DNA from: the human T2T-CHM13v2.0 reference genome, Homo sapiens
Strand: one strand, 5' to 3'
Assembly: GCF_009914755.1 (NCBI RefSeq)
Contig: NC_060931.1
DNA: 64,000 nucleotides
The position numbers and the translations under genes were made by a program. This document shows, piece by piece, positions 21,526 through 43,203 of this stretch. The notes under the pieces were generated by a model. It was not told the DNA's origin, searched no databases, and saw nothing but the letters and a program-made list of their open reading frames with translations. Every line of letters begins with the position of its first letter. Position 1 is the stretch's first letter.

Positions 21526-22744
21526 CTACCTCTCTCTATATATATGCAAACATATATATCTTGTTTATCACATATATCATATATGATATATATCTTGTGT
21601 ATCACATATATATCTTATCGGACTCTTAGGAGTTTGTTAGTGCAGGCACTTAAGAAATGACTAATGACTTTGGTGCCCACAGAGCCAGGGAGTAACGGGC
21701 CAGACCTCTTGGTGGTTTTCCTCCCAGCACACCATTTTCTGAACTTGTCGAAGCCTCCAAATCTCTTTCTCCAGTTACTCCAGCATAACGTGCATTGACA
21801 GTAAACAAAGTCCTCGATGATGTCATGTTGCCACACTTCATTTCACAGGATTTAGCAACCAGAGAGCCACACCGGGGGCGGCCCTCCCTCCAAACAGAGA
21901 ACATTATCTCTTCTTCCTCAGTGAAAATTCATGAGAAAGTTCCTAAGCTTGTAATGCTTAGCCCTAGACAACGGAAAAAGGTGTTTGAGGAAGGAGGAAA
22001 TGAGGAAATACAATATGCATGATCCTTCTCTGGGATTAGTTTGTGTAGCTCTATTGTTCAGCTTTGGCCTATAATTGTCAGTAGTAAATGGTATGGAATA
22101 ATTTTTTTTTTTTTTCCGAGATGGAGTCTTGCTCTGTCACCCAGGCTAGAGTGAGGTGACTTGATCTCGGCTCACTGCAACCTCCACCTCCTGGGTTCAA
22201 GCAATTCTCCTGCATCAGCCTCCCAAGTAGCTAGGATTACAGGCACCTGCCACCATGCCCAGATAATTTTTTATTTTTAATAGAGACGGGGTTCCAACAT
22301 ATTGGTCAGGCTGGTCTTGGATTCCCAACCTCAGGTATTCTACCCGCCTCAGCCTCCCAAAGTGCTGGGATTACAGGCGTGAGTCACTGTGCCCAGACTG
22401 GTATGGAATAATTTTGAGTAAAAACATCTTTTTTTTTTTTTGAGATGGAGTTTTGCTCTTTTGCCCAGGCTGGAGTGAAGTGGTGCGATCTCGGCTCACT
22501 GCAACCTCAGCCCCCCGGGGTTCAAGCGATTCTCCTGCCTCTGCCTCCCGAGTAGCTGGGATTACAGGCACCTGCCACCAAGCCCAGCTAATTTTTGTAT
22601 TTTTAGTAGAGACAGGGTTTCACCATGTTTGCCAGGCTGGTCTCAAACTCCTGACCTTGGGTGATCCACCCGCCTCGGCCTCCCAAAATGCTAAGATTAC
22701 AGGCGTGAGTCACTGTGCCTGGCCGAATAAAGACATCTTAAGGA

Positions 22745-23079
22745 AAAAGTGAATGACTCAGATGTTTATTTTCTCAAATACAATATTTAAAATATTGCAA
22801 GAAGACATCTGTTTAGCATTCTCCCCTCATTTGTCAATTATTTTATTATTTGAGAATTAATACCCCACATGAAGACAATATCACTTGCCAAAGTCCTTCC
22901 TCTGACGTGGTTAAGTCATATCAAATCCACAGGCTGACGTCCAAATAATACACAGTTTCATGCTTCAGGTGAGCCAAGAACAACCTTCCCATTGAGCGCC
23001 TTGCAGGGGCTGATATCAAAGACAAGACTGAACTTCCTTCATTGGCATGGTGACCACCGTGGGAGGTGCAGCCCTCAGC
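22745..23079 (-). other. ATP6V0A4: ATP6V0A4 3'UTR (distal end approximate)
   Basis: Non-repetitive sequence between the stop codon and an AATAAA, ending just before an Alu at about 22724. Confidence 0.75.
22765..22770 (-). terminator. Polyadenylation signal AATAAA (second candidate at 22842-22847)
   Basis: TTTATT on the + strand, about 310 nt after the stop codon. Confidence 0.7.
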
Positions 23080-23226
<147 letters not shown>

Positions 23227-23520
23227 TTAGAGGCTGGAAGGTGGAGGGAAGGAGGAAGCAGAGCATTCGTAAAATCAAGCACAAAGTCAGAAGGGTTGGC
23301 CACGGCAGGCACCCAGGCTGATGGCTGCCATGAGAATCCTGAGGATTTTTTTTTTTTTTTTTTTTTTGAGACAGAGTCTTGCTCCATCACCCAGGCTGGA
23401 GTGCAGTGTCGTGATCTTGGCTCACTATAACCTCCGCCTCTCAGGTTCAAGAGAGATTCTCCTGTCTCAGCCTCCTGAGTAGCTGGGACTATAGGCATAT
23501 ACCACCATGCCTAGCTAATT

Positions 23521-24307
<787 letters not shown>

Positions 24308-24573
24308 TAAGCCCTTCTCTCATCTGTCTCTTACCACCTTCCCCTTCCCCTCCCCTTCATTTCCTCCAGGCCTCTCTGCTTGTGGGCTCATGGCCACAGC
24401 ATAACAACTCTTCCTTCATGGAAGGAGCTTCCCCACCCCCATGACAAGCCAAGACACCCGCACTGTGCAGCACTCTCTCATGTCATTTTCCATTTCCAGC
24501 TAATTCTAAAATGTGGGACTCACATATTATAGAACGCAAAGACCCTTGACCTGTATTTTTGTAACTCACATAA

Positions 24574-24762
<189 letters not shown>

Positions 24763-25689
24763 TGAGTAGCTGGGATTACAGGCATGCGCCACCACCCCAG
24801 CTAATTTTGTATTTTCAGTAGAGACGGGGTTTCTCCACGTCGATCAGGTCACAAACTCCTGACCTCAGCTGATCCGCCCGCCTTGGCCTCCCAAAGTGCT
24901 GGGATTACAGGCATGAGCCACCGTGCCCAGCCTCATTTATGTTTTATTAATTTACAGAGTTCAGTTCCTCTCCTCAATGACATGGAGGGGAATGACGTCA
25001 TCATGGAGGCAGGGGATGCTGTGGCTCTCCTCACTCAGTACATGAAGTGCAAAGGCTTCTTTATGAATAGTGGCCATAGAGGGAGGAAGAAAACATCAGG
25101 GCAAGCTGGGTACAGTCTCTGCAGCTGAAGGGCATGCACTGCACACTCAGAATTCTTGGTTGAAATGTAACTTGGAAGACAACCAGAGGCCTAAACATGT
25201 TTCCATATTCATCAACCTAACGACGGCTGATTGTCACTGGATACATCTGTGCATGTCCAGGGCTCCCGGTGAGCGTCTCCCTCCTGGTGGTACCCTCCTT
25301 CTCTTTCCACTTTTGAGATTTTCATACCTTGTTGGTATAACTCCTCTACTCAGCAACAAGAGCCAAACATCCCAGATTCACTGGGCGCAGTGGCTCATGC
25401 CTGTAATCCCAGCACTTTGGGAGGCTGAGGCAGATGAATCACTTGAGGCCAGGAGTTTGAGACCAGCCTGGCCAACATAGGGGAACCCCATCTCTACTAA
25501 AAATACAAAAATTAGTCAGGTGTGACGGTGCATGCCTGTAATCCCAGCACTTCAGGAGGCTGAGGCGGGTGAATCACTTGAGGCCAAGAGTTCGAGACCA
25601 GCCTAGCAAAGATGGGGAAACCCCGTCTCTGCCAAAAATACAAAACTTAGCTGGGCGTAGTGGCAGACGCCTGTAATCCCAGCTACTCA

Positions 25690-25839
<150 letters not shown>

Positions 25840-26211
25840 CTAAGCATGTCTTCTGTGAGCCTATCTCAGATGCCACCTTGCCAATACTTGGAAATGTCAC
25901 TTGGGTTAAAGCCAATTGTAATAACAAATGAACACTGATCATCTAAAAGGGAAGGAGTAAATGAGAACTAACATATATGAGAGTCTGAATAAGTATGAAT
26001 GAGTGTGTGTGTATATATGTATATATACATATATATACACATATATTACATCATTTAATATTACACCAACAGATGACTAAACTAAGGCTCCAAAGAGGTA
26101 TGTAAGCTGCTAAAGTCACATACAGCTCACGATCTGAACCCAGTCGGCTGGCCCCACAGCCCACTCCCTTTCCCAACACCACATTGAGCTTCCAGGGGAC
26201 AACCATCCTTA

Positions 26212-26448
<237 letters not shown>

Positions 26449-26719
26449 TCATCTTTTTAATTAAAAATATATATATATTTTAAATAGAGACAGGGTCTCA
26501 CTCTGTTGCCTAGGATGGTCTCCAACTCCTGGCCTGAAGCAATCCTCCTGTCTCAGCCTCCCAAAGTGCTGGGAAATCAGGCGTGAGCCACCACATCCAG
26601 CCCAGATTATTATTATTTTATTATTATTTTTTGAGACAGGTTCTCACTGTGTCACCCAGGCTGGAATGCCATAGTGCAATTATGGCTCATTGCAGCCTTG
26701 ACCTCACAGGCTCCAGTGA

Positions 26720-27145
<426 letters not shown>

Positions 27146-28494
27146 TGAATATATATTTTATGCATTTTTGTAAACATGCTATATTTCAAAGTAAAAATGT
27201 TTTTAAAAAGATTGAAATCCTAACCACATTTCAAAAAACGTTTAGCTAATATTTATTCAGTCACTGCAATGTACAAGGGCACATGCCAGGTACTGAGCAC
27301 AGGAGGTGAATTCAGCCTCACTCGGGAAAGTGGCTCTTTTCACTCTTTGGTGGTCACGGGTCCCCTCTGGAATCTGAAGAAAGTCATGAATCCTTTCCCC
27401 AGAAAAATGCACACAGAGACGCCCAACAACATCTTATACGTAGTTTCAGGGGATTTACAGAAAGCCTGAAGTTCAGCCACAGACTCCAAATTAAGAGCCA
27501 AGTCAGAGGAATTCGAAGCAGTTTACACATATTATCCCAGTAAGGCCCATATCAACCCTATAAATTAGGTTTTATGATGCCCATCTCATAGATAAGGAAA
27601 CTAAAGTTCCGAAAAGTTCAGGGGCAAATGCCACACAGCCCCCTCTGGCCTGTTCCTATGACACCACCGTCCCCCCACCCCCACTTCCCTACCCGTTACC
27701 TCCTCAGCTGTTTCCCACACCCCCAGCTCTAAAGGTCTTTTCTACACATTTCTTACATGCCCATGGAGTCTCTCAAAGGCTGACAGTCGGGGAATGTTTT
27801 AAAAGGCCCTGAGAGGAGTGAAATCCAAGAGGAGGGAGGTCATGGATGGGGATCGGAAAAAACCCGGACTCGTAGCTGAGTCCGTGTCCCCAGCTAACTG
27901 CCCTACAAGGGCTCTCACTGTCCAACCTATGCAAGTAAGGGTCCATGCTTAGGTGTCCCTGGTCACAGAGCACATGTGAATGCTTCTTCCCTAGTTATCA
28001 TGCCCAACAGCCTGGGATATGCACCTTGCAGGGAAATAGCATCATTACATCCTTGGCTTGAGATTTGAAGGCCCCTGCTAAAAGGTCACAATGATGTAGC
28101 CCAGAGAGACACAGGCCTGCCACTTGCAAGCGGCTATCAGAACATGATAAACGCAGAGACATGGAACGCAAGGAAGAGGACCCCTATTTGCTTGCTGCCC
28201 CCCAAGATCTGGTTTTCTGCCTGCTACAGTGATGCAGAGTCTTTCATCAATGGGAGCAGCTTCACCCCCGTCGGGTTAGACCCGTACCTGAGATTTACAG
28301 TAGAAACTCCAGTGCTTAGCATTCGTGTGATCTTCACAGCTCAGGCTATGTTCATTTCCTTGCACAAACTCACATACGCAGACTTTCACGTGCACACGAA
28401 TACTCAGATGCACACACTCAGCCCTGCGTGTACCCGCAGCACAGACACCCATGAGCATGTCTTTACTCCTGTGCACTGATGTGCATTCGTGTGA

Positions 28495-28841
<347 letters not shown>

Positions 28842-29602
28842 TAAAGTGGATCTCAGCGCTTCAAGTCATCCGTGGTCCTGATGTTGGTCTTCAGCTCCAA
28901 CCTCAGCAGTAGTTTGAAGGACTTGGGTCATACCAGGGATGGGTCTAAATAAGACAGGAGGAATTTTGGCCAGAGGACACCCCAACACATAGTGCCAAAC
29001 TCTGGCCTAGGGACCTGAGATTTAGAGGGTAAGTTGTTATTGCAACAGAGTTTAGCCTAACCTGACCAGTGCAGGAGGCTAACTACTAGGACCACTGATG
29101 AAAGCCCCGGCACACAAAGGTTAAATTTCTTGTATAAGTTACTCAGCCAAAAGTGGTAGAAAAGGAACCAGAATTTAAGTCAGTGTTTTAATTTTTTCCC
29201 CATTTTTCCACATTACCTCTTTAAGCAACTGTGTTAGTATGGACTGGAAGCCACGTCTAGCAGGGACTTCTAGAATGACCCAGTGGGTGAATCAGGGCAG
29301 GCAGCCATGAACCATATGGGTTTTTAGGAATCAAATGACCCCCTCAGTGTGTGTATGGGCTGGCCAGAGGACACCCCGACACATAGGGCCAAGAATACCA
29401 AAACTCCTCCTCCTGTCTTATCTAGACTCAGCCCTATTATGACTCAAGTCCTCCAACTACTGCTGGGGTTAGAGCTGAAGACCAACATTACCACCACTGA
29501 CTGCACGAAGCGCTGGGATCCACTCTAAGGAACAAGTAGGTGACAGTCCTGGGACAGCCACTTCACATGAATGCACAGCAGTGCACAGGAGTAAAGACAT
29601 GC

Positions 29603-29956
<354 letters not shown>

Positions 29957-31142
29957 TCATGTGCATGTGAAAGTGTGTGTATGTGAGTTTGTGGGAGGAA
30001 ATGAACACAGCTGAGCTGTGAAGATCACACGAATGCTGAGTACTGGAGTTTCGTTTCTATCCCTTCAGCACACACCTTGGCCTGGCTTCTCTGTTCTAGG
30101 CTTTATGCTCAGTGCCAGGAATGCTAAGATAAAAGTCAGGTTCTTTGCTTTCAAGGAGCTCATAGTCCAGTAGGAAGACAGGCTAATCAAGACAATTACA
30201 ATTGAAGCTAGGTTAAGAGCATGCCCCAGAACCACAGGAAGGCATCTTCCAGACTGGGGGACTAGGAAAGAAGATTTCCAGCTGAGTTATGAAGGACGAA
30301 TTAAATATCAGATAGAGAGAGAATTAAAGAAGGGACTATTTCAGGCAAGGGGGCTGCAGGGGCAAACACACAGAGGGGCCCAGGGAGTACTGCGTCTTCA
30401 GGAGATAGTTCTTCAGGCCAGGCACAATGGCTCACACCTGTAATCCCAGCACTTTGGGAGGCCAAGGCAGGAGGACTGTTTGAGCCCAGAAGTTCAAGAC
30501 AAGCCTGGGCAACATGGCAAAACCCTGTCTCTACCAAAAAAAAAAAAAAGTTCGCCAAGTATGTTGGTGTGTGCCTATAGTCCCTGCTACTTGGGAGGCC
30601 AAGACAGGAGAACTGCTTGAGCCCAAGAGTTTGAGGCTAGCCTAGGCAAAAAGGCAAAACCCTACCTCTACCAAAAAAAAAAAAAAAAAAAATTGGCCCA
30701 GGCATGGTGGCATGCACCTGTGGTCCCAGCTACTTGGGAAGCTGAGGCGGTAGAATGACATGAGCCTGGGAGTTCGAGGCCGTGATAGCGCCACTGCACT
30801 CCATCCTGGGCAACAGAGGGAGACCCTGTCTTAGGAAAAAAAAAAAAAAAAACGCTCCTCAGGGCCACTGCATATGAAACGGATGGGTGTGGAGCGCTGG
30901 GGCACTAAGGAAAACTGACAAGAAACAAGACTGGAGAAGGACCCAGAGATCAAGATGGGGCTTACAAGTGAGTTGGTGAGTCATGATTCCTGACGTTAGG
31001 CAACCCCAGGGGCTCGGATCTTTATCAAAACTGTATTTCCAATGCCTGAAATCCCAGCACTTTGGGAGGCTGAGGCAAGAGGATCCCTTGAGGCCAGGAG
31101 TGTGAGATCAGCCTGGGCAACATAGTGAGACCTTGTCTCTTT

Positions 31143-31181
<39 letters not shown>

Positions 31182-31203
31182 GCAGATGATAGATAGATAG
31201 ATA
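31143..31203 (+). repeat. Compound (TAGA)n(CAGA)n STR
   Basis: Direct reading. Confidence 0.9.
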
Positions 31204-31367
31204 CAATTGTATTTCTGGGCCTGGCCCGACTGATCCTGGACTGCTGTGAATTCACAAAGGTGGTGAGCACTTCCTGAGGGTCAGCTCAGCAGGCAGCCAA
31301 CTGACTCCCCGCAATGCTCATAACCAAGGCAGGCGTTCTCTTAAAGGTCAGCACCTTGCAGAAGGGC

Positions 31368-32165
31368 ATGGTAGCCTGAAAAAATATGTTCCCCCATCCC
31401 CAAAGATGTCTACATCCTAATTCTAATCCTAATAACCTGTCAACATACTATATCACATGGCAACAGTGGCTTTGCAGATGAGATTAAGCCAAGAATCCTG
31501 ACAGAGGGGCATTATCCCGGATTATCTGGATATGCCCAATGTCATCACTAGAGTCTTTGTAAGAGGAAGGCAGGAGAGTCACAGTCAGAGAAAAAGGAGA
31601 TTTGATGCTGGAAGCAGAGGTTGAAGTGATGCAAAGAGGAGCCGCAAGCCACAGAATGCAGGCAGCCTCAAGAGGCTGGAAAGGCCAGGAAACAAATTCT
31701 ACCTGCAGCCTGCAGCAGGAGCACGGCTGCCCACGCCTTGATTTTAGGACTCTGGCTTCAAAAACTGGAAGACACCAAATTTGTGTTGTTGGGTTTTTTG
31801 TTTGTCTGTTTGTTTGAGACGGAGTCTCACTCTGTAGCCCAGGGTGGAGTGCAGTGATGTGATCTCGGCTCACTGCGACCTCTGCCTTCCGGGTTCAAGC
31901 AATTCTCCTGCTTCAGTCTCCGAGTAGCTAGAGTTACAGGCACCCGCCACCATGCCCAGCTAATTTTTGTATTTTCAGTAGAGACGGGTTTCACCATGTT
32001 GGCCAGGCTGATCTTGAACTCCTGGGCTCAAACAATTCGCCCAAACTCTGCCTCCCAAAGCTCTGGGATTACAGGTGTGAGCCACCGTGCCCGGCCAAAT
32101 TTGTGTTGTTTTAAGCCACGAGTGTTTGTGACAATTTGTTACAGCAGCAGTAGGAGACTATTAAT
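31368..32165 (+). mobile_element. MLT1D-like LTR with an antisense Alu inside it (TSD AAATTTGTGTTGTT)
   Basis: CCAAAGATGTC.ACATCCTAAT start, TTTGTTACAGCAGCA end; duplicated target site flanks the Alu at about 31795-32096. Confidence 0.75.
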
Positions 32166-32354
32166 ATAGAGGGTGACCACCCCAGCAACGTGCAGCCAGA
32201 CCCACAGAAAAGGCACCTGTGCCTGGGAAAGAAGAGTCATTCTTTTGGCAAACATCCACAAATAGCTCGGAGAAGTCACCTTTACTTCCAAATACATGGC
32301 ACCTATTTCCTGGGGTGTTGGGGAGAGCTGACTGTCCCCCCGATGGGCTGCTCA

Positions 32355-32504
<150 letters not shown>

Positions 32505-33149
32505 TCATTGAGAATTTTCTACACAAAAGTTATTCCAAATGATGCAAAGATGAATAAGACATGGGCTTTGCTGTTCAGACACTTTCAGTCTAACTAGGGG
32601 AAAAGAAATAGTAATAGACTTAGAGAAAGAATTATCAGCACAAAGTTGTATGTTATGTGTGTCTTAACGTTCCCCAGCAATAGCTGAAAAAAAGCTCAAA
32701 GATGACAACTGGGTGGTAAGGGGAGATGAGATTTGTGCTGTGCCAGGAAGGCTGGGTAGGAATGTGACTTGAAGGACAAGAAATTGTTCCTGAGGAGCAA
32801 AAGGATCCCTGGTTGGGAAAGAAACAGGTAGCTGGGAATATCACCTAGTCAAGTCGGAAAGAAAACAATTTGGCTGGAACTGGGAGCTTGTTTAGGTGAG
32901 GAATAGAAGACAGTCCTCCTGTGTGGAAGTTTCTAGAAAGGCAAGCTATGGGTAAAGTTGAAGAAACAACCTGGATTCAGTGAGGAGCCATAGAGGCAGG
33001 TTACTCTGGTAGCATCATAGTTTAGAGAAGGGACAGCCTTAAAGAAAAAAAAAAAGGACAATTTGGTTATGAGCTCAGTAACACAGGAAAGAAGTAAATA
33101 ACAGAACGAAGAAGACAGCCATAGCTCATTCTCCCCTCATGCTCTCTGA

Positions 33150-33884
<735 letters not shown>

Positions 33885-34028
33885 TAATCCCAGCACCTCG
33901 GGAGACCAAGGCAGGTGGATCACAAGGTCAAGAGATCGAGACCATCCTGGCGAACACGGTGAAACCTCGTCTCTACTAAAAATTAAAAAATTAACTGGGT
34001 GTGGTGGCGTGCACCTGTAATCCAGCTA

Positions 34029-35452
<1,424 letters not shown>

Positions 35453-35914
35453 GAGGTTATGGGAACAAGATAAAAATGAGAACCTCAATTTAGCAATGAA
35501 AGCAGCTGTGAGGAATTGAAGGGACAGGGATGGGCAGAGATGGAGTGAGCAGGTAGAAAGAGTCAAGGTAAAGAAGAACTGCATAAGAAAGAATTCATCT
35601 TGGCCAGGTGTGGTGGCTCATGCCTGTAATCCCAGCACTTTGGAAGGCCGAGGCATGAGGATCACTTGAGCCAAGGAGTTCAGAACCAACCCGAGCAACA
35701 AAGTGAGACCCCATCTTTACCAAAAATTCAAAAAATTAGGCAGGTGTGGTGGCATGCACCTGCGGTCCCAGCTACTCGGGAGGCTGAGGCAGGAAGATCG
35801 CTTGGGCTCAGGAGGTCAAGGCTGCTGTGAGCCATGATTGTGCCACTGCATGCCAGCCTCAGCAATAGAACAAGACCCTGTCTCAAAATAGTAATTATAA
35901 TAATCATAATTAAC

Positions 35915-36935
<1,021 letters not shown>

Positions 36936-37341
36936 CTACCGTGGAGAGAAGCAAGCAAGGAACTTGAAAGAGAAACAGGGGGAGGCACACATTTGCCTGG
37001 AGACGGGAGACCCATGTATGATTAGACCTGGGGGAAAGAGGTCCATGAATGGTGACTAAAGTTGCCCAAGCAAGGGCAGCCTGCTCATGTTGGAGGTGGC
37101 AGGTGGAAATTGTCTGGATATAGATTGAGGGCAGGAGGAGAAGAGATGAGGGAGGTTGCCCTGGACAGGCCAGGACTTGAGGAGTCAGAACATGCGTGGG
37201 TTGGATTCTAAAACATTCCAGCAAGTCTGACAGACTTGGTAATGTCAACAGCCACTACTGTGGATCACTCTGTACCTAGAATTTTCTTGGGAAGAATTTT
37301 CACGATTGAGATTTTTCATTAATTCTAATTAATCAAGATAA

Positions 37342-37656
<315 letters not shown>

Positions 37657-38432
37657 TAAGCAATTAACACCACAAATGGAGCCATTTATAGCATCTGTGG
37701 CCCTCATGGAAACCCAGTTCCCACTCCCAAATTAGAACAGAGCTCCGGTTAAAGCCTCCAGCTTGGGATTCACAAATGTGGCTGACTTCAGTCAACACAT
37801 GGAACAGACAGCTGCTTTCATCTGGGAGGATGTGGCACGGGCTCCTGAGGGGCAGTGGCTGTCCTTGCACAGGCAGGGGCAGGGAGGGATGAGGGAACAA
37901 AACAATTTATGAATTCACATGAGAGGCAGATAACATTATAAAGAGATCATAGGGGGCCAGGCACGGTGGCTCATGCCTGTAATCCCAGCACTTTGGGAGG
38001 CCGAGGCAGGCAGATCACCTGAGGTCAGGAGTTCAAGATCAGCCTGGCCAACATGGTGAAGCCCCATCTCTACTAAAAACACAAAAATTAACCGGGTGCA
38101 GTGGCGGATGCCTATAATCCCAGGTATTAGAGAGGCTGAGGCAGGAGAATCACTTGAGCCTGGGAGGCGGAGGTTGCAGTGAGCCGAAATTGGCTCACTC
38201 CAGCCTGGGCAACAGAGTGAGACTCTATCTCAAAAACAAACAAAAAAGAGAGCTTATAGGGGCGTGGTGCTGAGCCAAGGAGTCCTCAGTGACACGCAGG
38301 ACCTTCTATGTCACTAGATCTGAGGCTGATATTCACCTGACACATACAGATGCAGCAGTACTTGGACTAGAAATATTAAAATGTGCCCAGATTGGTTGCT
38401 AAATAGCTGTTCTGATCCTCTTAGACTAGCTA

Positions 38433-38759
<327 letters not shown>

Positions 38760-39216
38760 TCACCCTGAGAATTCTAACACATATAAATATAAATAAAGGC
38801 TCTCCTCAAATACTACCTATGTACCAGACACTGTTCTAAACACTACACTATCTCATTAAGCCCTCACAACAACCATTTTATATAAGCACAATTATCACCC
38901 TATTTTCTAGAGAAGTAAGCTGCAGCACAGAAAGGTTAAGAAATGTGCCCGGGAGGCACAGCTTGTAGTGAGCGGACATTGTGCCACTACACTCTAGCCT
39001 GGGCGACAGAGAGAGACTCCGTCTCAAAAAAATAAATAAATAAAATAAAATAAAAAGAAAAAAAGAAAAGAAATGTGCCCGGCTGCGTGTGGTGACTCAC
39101 GCCTGTAATCCCAGCATTTCGGGAGGCGGAGGCTGGCAGATCACTTGAGGTCAGGAGTCCAAGACTAGCGTGGCCAACATGGTGAAAACCCATCTCTACT
39201 AAAAATACAAAAATTA

Positions 39217-39791
<575 letters not shown>

Positions 39792-42105
39792 TCATACAGC
39801 TGGCAAGGCTGGTAAGTGGCAGAGCCATAATTCAAACTCAGTTGCCTGACTCCAGTGCATGTGCTTTTTCTCCACAATGCTCCAGAATGTGCCAAATTAT
39901 AGTCTTGACACTAAAGCAATGCAAGTACAAAAGTGCCTTTCCATTGTTAAAAGAAATACACATGGTCATAAATCATCAGTCGTACCTTCCATGTAGCCTT
40001 GTGAAATTAACTATAAAAATAGCTTAGGAAAAATTCAAGGAAAAAAAAATCTAGGCATAGTCACCATTCAACTTGGTCTGGTTTTACCCCTAAGTGTGAA
40101 TGGTATATTTCTTTCAAGTCACCATGAAGCTTAATGTCCCATGTCCAAAGTTTTTCTAGAATGATTTCATGGGAGGGGTATTGCAAATTAGGCATCAACG
40201 TATCTGGACCCTTCTTTCTTTTCTTTTTTTTTTTTTTTTTTTTTGAGAAGGAATTTTGCTCCTTCGCCCAGGCTGGAGTGAAGTGGTACAATCTCGGTTC
40301 ACTGCAACCTCTGTCCCCCAGTTCAAGAGATTCTCCAGCCTCAGCTCTCCTGAGTACCCAGGATTATAAGCACCCACCACCACGCCCAGCTAATTTTTGT
40401 ATTTTTAATAGAGACGGGGTTTCTCCATGCTGGCCAGGGTGATCTCGAACTCCTGACCTCAGGTGATCCACCTGCCTCGGCCTCCCAAAGTGCTACGATT
40501 ACAGGCGTGAGCCACCACACCCAGCCAGGGCCCTCCTTTCTTTAGCAGGTCTGCACTTAACATTTGCAGGGCTCTGGGCAAGAGCAAAGACAGTAGTTCA
40601 CATGCCATAGGTTGAAATATTTAAAAGTTATACATCAAGCCAACAAATTCCTAAATAAAATATGTTTCATGTTTGAGCCTAGGAGTTCAAGGTCAGCCTG
40701 GGCAACAAAGTGAGATCCCATCTCTCAAAAAAAAAAAAAAAAAAATTTAGCCTGGCTGAGGGAGCACCTGTCCCAACTACATAGGAGGCTAGGACAGGAG
40801 GATCTCTTGAGCCTGGGATGTTGAGGCTGAAGTGAGCAGTGTTTGCGCCACTGCACTCCAGCCTGGGTGACCAAGCAAGACTCTGCCTCAAAAAAAAAAA
40901 AAAAAAAGTGTGTGTATAGGGGTTCTAGCTTAAAAAATAAATCTTTGTAAAAACTGGGAAGGCTATGTTGAAATTCAGAATTCACGCCATGCCATGGCAG
41001 CATGGGAGCTGGCCCTGGACCAGGGAGCCCTCTTTTTTTCACCTCTGGCTTCATCCTATATCATGAGGGCCTTGTATGTGCACACAGACACCCTGACCCA
41101 AAATGTCTAAGTTCTGCTCGCATTCCCTACAGACAGCTGCCCCTTGGCCACCCAGGGACTCGTGGTGTCCATGCCAGTGGCCTGGTCTGCCCTCAGGAGA
41201 CTGAGGAACAAGGCCTCTGTAGGACCCAGAAGTGGGCTCAGGTCCATCTAGACAAGAGTCCAGGGTGCCAGGTGCCAAGAGCCAGCTTCTAGGTTAGGCT
41301 GTCCCCAACACCTTGTGGTTCTTTATCCCATGGGGAGGGACGTGGCTCAAGTTAACTTTATATTTGTCATCTTGAAATCCTATTTTCTCTCTCCTTCAAC
41401 TTATAGAAGAAAATATCAAAGGAGAGATATATTACGGTTTCTCCATTTCCAACCCTAAACTCTACCCTTTTCTGCTCATTATTCTTGAATTAGTTAAAAT
41501 GAACATGAATAATTTTGTAGAAGTGTGATACTGGACTTGTGAATCCTAGTGACTATCTTCCTTCCAGATACTTACTTGCAGTCCTCTTACTAAAATCGCA
41601 CAATGCTTAAGCTGGGTGGCGTATGAAATAAAACATACAGCAATCATTGTAAATTAGCTACTGGCAACTTTCTAAAAACACATGTGGCTGGGCACAGTGG
41701 CTCACACTTACAATCCCAGTGCTTTGGGAGGCAAAGGCAGGAGGATCACTTGATCTCAGGAGTTCAAGACCAGCTTGGGCAACATAGCAAGACCTCATCT
41801 CTACCAAAAAAATTAAAAAATAGCTGGGCATTGTGGTGCAGGCCTGCAGTCCCAGCTACTCAGGAGGCTGAGGTGGGAGGATTGCCTGAGCCCAGGAGGT
41901 GAGTCAGCTATGATCCCACCACTGCACTCCAATCTGGGCAACAGAGCAAGACCCTATCTAAAAATACATACATAAAATAAATAAAAATTCAAACCCATGT
42001 GCCAAAAGATATATACAAGGATGTTTATAGTATCACCATTTGTAATTACTAACACTGCAATGTTGGATGAGAGAAGATAGATCCCAAAGAAGACATTCTG
42101 GATGA

Positions 42106-42989
<884 letters not shown>

Positions 42990-43184
42990 GAAGATTTTAA
43001 ATAGAAACACACAGTTATTTCACTGTGACCTGAGATGTGGGAGTATGGGGGGACCTGGGTTCATAGCAGCAAGTCAGAAGGGGAAACAGAACGTGGGGGG
43101 CCTGGTGGCTGGCCACAAGGGCTCTCGGAAGGAGATGTGTACTCACTCGCTGCCCACGGGGCATGTCACCAGGGCCACGCCACA

Positions 43185-43203
43185 GGCGGCCCTCTAGTGG
43201 AGA
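43185..43203 (-). promoter_or_regulatory. Candidate CTCF site (CCACTAGAGGGCCGCC)
   Basis: Matches the CCASYAGRKGGC core. Confidence 0.5.
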
